Positions 59,759 to 64,000 of a stretch of DNA of 64,000 bases are shown piece by piece. Made by a program: the position numbers and the translations under genes. The notes under the pieces were generated by a model. That model made no database searches. It was not told the origin of the DNA and saw only the letters and a program-made list of their open reading frames with translations. The stretch covers positions 1,344,001 to 1,408,000 of the forward strand of contig JASGHG010000001.1 of the NCBI GenBank assembly GCA_047602425.1. The letters are read 5' to 3'. Positions within the stretch are counted from its first letter, which is position 1; every line of letters begins with the position of its first letter. This DNA is from Nibricoccus sp. GTDB taxonomy: Bacteria; Verrucomicrobiota; Verrucomicrobiia; Opitutales; Opitutaceae.

Positions 59759-59838
59759 GAAAAATCGGGTGCTCGCACGAGTTCGTGGCCCGTAAGCCGG
59801 GCCACGCCAATGAAAAACTCTCGGCTCCAAAAACCACG

Positions 59839-60741
59839 TTAGGAATAAAGCGTGCCCGCGTTGATCACCGGCTGGGCTTCGGCTTCCCCGCAGAGCACCA
59901 CCAACAGATTTGAAACCATCGCGGCTTTGCGCTCTTCATCGAGCGTAACCACTTTCTTTGCCGATAGTTCGTTGAGCGCCATTTCAACCATGCTCACCGC
60001 GCCTTGAACAATTTTCTGCCGCGCCGCGATCACGGCTTCGGCCTGCTGACGTCTCAACATCGCCTGCGCGATTTCCGGCGCATAGGCGAGGTGCGTGAGC
60101 CTCGCCTCTTCGATTTCGACGCCAGCCTTGTCGAGCCGTTCCTGCAATTCGCGCCTGAGCGCCGCCACGATTTCGTCGCCGCCGCTGCGCAGAGTCAGCT
60201 CGTTCGTTTCCCCGTCGTCGTACGCATAACTATTCGCCACGTGGCGCAGCGCCGTTTCGCTTTGAACGTTCACGTAGGAACCATAGTCGTTCACATCGAA
60301 AACCGCCTGTGCCGTGTCGCGTATCCGCCAAACCACTACCGCGGCGATCTCGATCGGATTTCCACGCTTGTCGTTAACCTTGATCTTCTCGCTGTTGAAA
60401 TTCCGCGAACGCACCGATACGCGCAGCCGCCGATTAAAAGGATTGGTCCAATTGAACCCGGCCCGGCGAATCGTTCCCACATAGCGGCCAAACAACGTCA
60501 GTACCACGGCCTCGTTGGGCTGCACCGTGAAAAGCCCGGCGAAAACGAAAATCGCCGCCATGATTGAGAGAATCCCGAAAATCGCCGGTGTCGCCCCTGC
60601 TCTGTGCTGCGTCGCCGCATAGATAAGCAGCATCGCTGCAACGACCGACATAAAAATACCGAGGCCAAGCATCGTGCCGCCGGACAGCGGCGAGAGCGGA
60701 CGCTCACGGTTTACGGACTGATCCAGCTGTGGAGTATTCAT
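59839..60741 (-). CDS. SPFH/band 7 domain membrane protein
   Basis: [52 protein letters not shown]. Confidence 0.93.
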   Translation of the reverse strand: MNTPQLDQSVNRERPLSPLSGGTMLGLGIFMSVVAAMLLIYAATQHRAGATPAIFGILSIMAAIFVFAGLFTVQPNEAVVLTLFGRYVGTIRRAGFNWTNPFNRRLRVSVRSRNFNSEKIKVNDKRGNPIEIAAVVVWRIRDTAQAVFDVNDYGSYVNVQSETALRHVANSYAYDDGETNELTLRSGGDEIVAALRRELQERLDKAGVEIEEARLTHLAYAPEIAQAMLRRQQAEAVIAARQKIVQGAVSMVEMALNELSAKKVVTLDEERKAAMVSNLLVVLCGEAEAQPVINAGTLYS

Positions 60742-60754
60742 AGGTTGAAGAGGT

Positions 60755-60788
60755 TTTGATTTCTAAATGATATCACTTCGAAATCAAA
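60755..60788. promoter_or_regulatory. Palindromic operator with three TGATATCA-like boxes at 11-bp spacing (candidate Arc/RHH site)
   Basis: TTTGATTTC-TAAA-TGATATCA-CTTC-GAAATCAAA just upstream of the SPFH gene. Confidence 0.6.
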
Positions 60789-60823
60789 TACGAGCAAAAT
60801 CGCGCAGATTTTTGTGATTTTCG

Positions 60824-60867
60824 TTAGAATAATTCCAATTCTCACTTGAAACTTAGAACCATTCCAA
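60824..60867 (+). promoter_or_regulatory. Two ICE-like (Irr/Fur-family) boxes
   Basis: TTAGAATAATTCCAA (60824-60838) and TTAGAACCATTCCAA (60853-60867) flanking a TTGAAA hexamer. Confidence 0.65.
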
Positions 60868-60886
60868 TCTGTTAGGAGCCCTTTCA

Positions 60887-61315
60887 ATGATCGAGCAGCA
60901 CACAAATACTTCCTCCGACGGCTTGGCGCAAAAACTCGCCGACAGCGGCCTTCGCGCTACTCCTCAGCGAGAATTGGTCTATCGCTCACTCCTCCAGCAA
61001 CGCGATCATCCGACTGCCGAGGAAGTCTTTGCCCGCGTGAAAAGCGAGATGCCTTCCATTTCATTGGCAACGGTTTACAATTGCCTAGAAACGCTTGTGC
61101 AGTGCCGCCTCATTCGGCAGGTCCATCACGAGCGAAGTTCGACTCGTTACTGCCCGAATCTTCACCCTCACGCCCACTTTCACGACGAAAACACCGGCGA
61201 AATCCACGACGTCGATCTTCCCGCCAACCTCTTGGACCAACTCAAGGCCGCCCTTCCGTCCAATTTCCAGGCGTCGGTCGTCGAGATCACGTTTACCGGC
61301 AAAGACAGCAAATAA
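60887..61315 (+). CDS. Fur-family transcriptional regulator (Irr/PerR-like, no CxxC)
   Basis: [38 protein letters not shown]. Confidence 0.9.
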   Translation: MIEQHTNTSSDGLAQKLADSGLRATPQRELVYRSLLQQRDHPTAEEVFARVKSEMPSISLATVYNCLETLVQCRLIRQVHHERSSTRYCPNLHPHAHFHDENTGEIHDVDLPANLLDQLKAALPSNFQASVVEITFTGKDSK

Positions 61316-61361
61316 CCATCAACTCCCCGCCAACGCGCGGACCACCTCTTTTTTATACAAC

Positions 61362-62117
61362 ATGCACTCGCTCGAAATCAAAGACCTCCACGTCTCCATC
61401 GGTGACAAAGAAATCGTCAAGGGCCTGACCCTCACGATCAAAACCGGCGAAGTCCACGCCATCATGGGGCCGAACGGCACCGGCAAATCCACTCTTTCCA
61501 AAGCCATCGCCGGCCATCCCGACTACGCCATTACCAGCGGCGACGTGCTAATCGACGGCAAATCCATCCTCGAAATGGAGCCCGACGAACGCGCCCGCGC
61601 CGGCATCTTTCTCGCCTTCCAATATCCGAGCGAAATTCCCGGCGTCACCATCGCCAATTTCCTCCGCGCCGCGCAACAAGCCCGCCTCGGCGAAGGTGAA
61701 GAACTCGACGCCACCGCCTATTACAAAAAACTCTACAGCAAGATGGACCTGCTGAAGATCGATCGGAAATTCACCTCCCGCGCGGTCAACGAAGGTTTCT
61801 CCGGCGGCGAAAAGAAACGCTGTGAAATTCTCCAGATGGCCATGCTCGAGCCCATCTTCTCGCTCATGGACGAAACCGATTCCGGCCTCGACATCGATGC
61901 CCTCCGCATCGTCGCCGAAGGCGTCAACGCCCTTCGCGGCGAAAAGCTCGGCGTCCTCCTCATCACCCATTACCAGCGCCTCCTCAACTACATCGTCCCG
62001 GACTACGTGCACGTCATGTACGACGGTCGCATCGTCAAAAGCGGCGACAAAAATCTCGCCCTCGAACTCGAGGCCAAGGGCTACGACTGGGTCAAAAAAG
62101 AACTGGTCCACGCTTAA
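61362..62117 (+). CDS. sufC: Fe-S cluster assembly ATPase SufC
   Basis: [57 protein letters not shown]. Confidence 0.97.
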   Translation: MHSLEIKDLHVSIGDKEIVKGLTLTIKTGEVHAIMGPNGTGKSTLSKAIAGHPDYAITSGDVLIDGKSILEMEPDERARAGIFLAFQYPSEIPGVTIANFLRAAQQARLGEGEELDATAYYKKLYSKMDLLKIDRKFTSRAVNEGFSGGEKKRCEILQMAMLEPIFSLMDETDSGLDIDALRIVAEGVNALRGEKLGVLLITHYQRLLNYIVPDYVHVMYDGRIVKSGDKNLALELEAKGYDWVKKELVHA

Positions 62118-62150
62118 CCAGCAGCCACCACTAGCGCGGCGACCGCCGCC

Positions 62151-62186
62151 AAGTCTCAAATCACCAATCTCAAAATTCAGATTCCG
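62151..62186 (+). repeat. Heptamer tandem repeats between sufC and sufB
   Basis: AAGTCTC AAATCAC CAATCTC AAAATTC AGATTCC. Confidence 0.5.
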
Positions 62187-63644
<1,458 letters not shown>

Positions 63645-63659
63645 CCAAATCCCAAACCA

Positions 63660-63757
63660 GTTACACAGAGTTCACCAGAGGATCCACAGAGACCACCGAG
63701 AAAACTTGCCCACCTGCTCCGTGACCTCCGTGCCTCCTCTGGTGCCCTCTGTGTAAC
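63660..63757. repeat. About 100-bp hairpin element built of inverted 9-10-mer repeats, between sufB and sufD
   Basis: GTTACACAGAG...CACCAGAG...CACAGAG...CACCGAG versus CTCCGTG...CTCCGTG...CTCTGGTG...CTCTGTGTAAC; 11-bp perfect terminal inverted repeat. Confidence 0.75.
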
Positions 63758-63773
63758 AAAAGAAATTTCACAA

Positions 63774-64000
63774 ATGTCCGCATCCACTCTCTCCGCCAAA
63801 TCCAGCATCGGCGCTTTCACCGCCGAGGCCTTTGCCGAACATCTTGCCACCCAGAAAAGCGCCCCCGCTTGGTGGCTGGAGCGCAAACGCGCCGCTTATG
63901 AAAAATTTGCGTCGCTGCCCATGCCTGCCCGTACCGACGAAACCTGGCGTTTCAGCAACATCGGCACGCTGACGCTCGAAGGGTTCACGCCTTCGCCCGT
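63774..64000 (+). CDS. sufD: SufD, N-terminal part (runs off the window)
   Basis: MSASTL...WWLERKRAAYEKFASLPMPARTDETWRFSN (P...E.W+F motif) directly after sufCB. Confidence 0.8.
   Translation, partial: MSASTLSAKSSIGAFTAEAFAEHLATQKSAPAWWLERKRAAYEKFASLPMPARTDETWRFSNIGTLTLEGFTPSP

Overview
GC-rich bacterial chromosomal segment, most likely from a Verrucomicrobiota (Opitutaceae-like) genome; this is inferred from protein style and was not checked by search. In order it contains: a VapBC toxin-antitoxin pair, an aldehyde (succinate-semialdehyde-type) dehydrogenase, ppk1, dnaX with the SRP RNA (ffs) upstream, and a SusD-less galactan utilisation locus (GH53, TonB-dependent receptor, GPH/MFS, LacI, GH2) with two oligogalacturonate-lyase-family genes nearby. 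Next come a 4-gene ABC exporter, a sigma54-activator/SulP/YoaK module, an ECF sigma/anti-sigma operon, a PAS/GAF hybrid kinase with a NarL-type regulator, and a 15-kb chemosensory operon headed by a secreted beta-carbonic anhydrase. The end holds a GDSL hydrolase, a SprA-related protein, a second TonB receptor, lpdA, a VanY-type peptidase, an SPFH/Arc pair, and a Fur/Irr-like regulator heading sufCBD. I saw no tRNA, rRNA, CRISPR array, transposase or phage genes. The most notable observations are: (1) dnaX is split at an A10 run (A_AAA_AAG), so normal decoding gives only a gamma-sized product and the tau-like C-terminus needs a -1 shift or slippage; (2) a carbonic-anhydrase-headed chemosensory operon lies behind a sigma28-like promoter; (3) a sigma54 activator with a pseudo-receiver faces sulP-yoaK and an apparently inactive nucleotidyltransferase; (4) a 21-31 bp intergenic palindrome occurs three times; (5) ICE-like boxes precede an Irr-like regulator of suf; (6) a secreted protein carries an apparently circularly permuted CBM-like domain. 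All family calls come from motif recognition by eye; no database searches were run.
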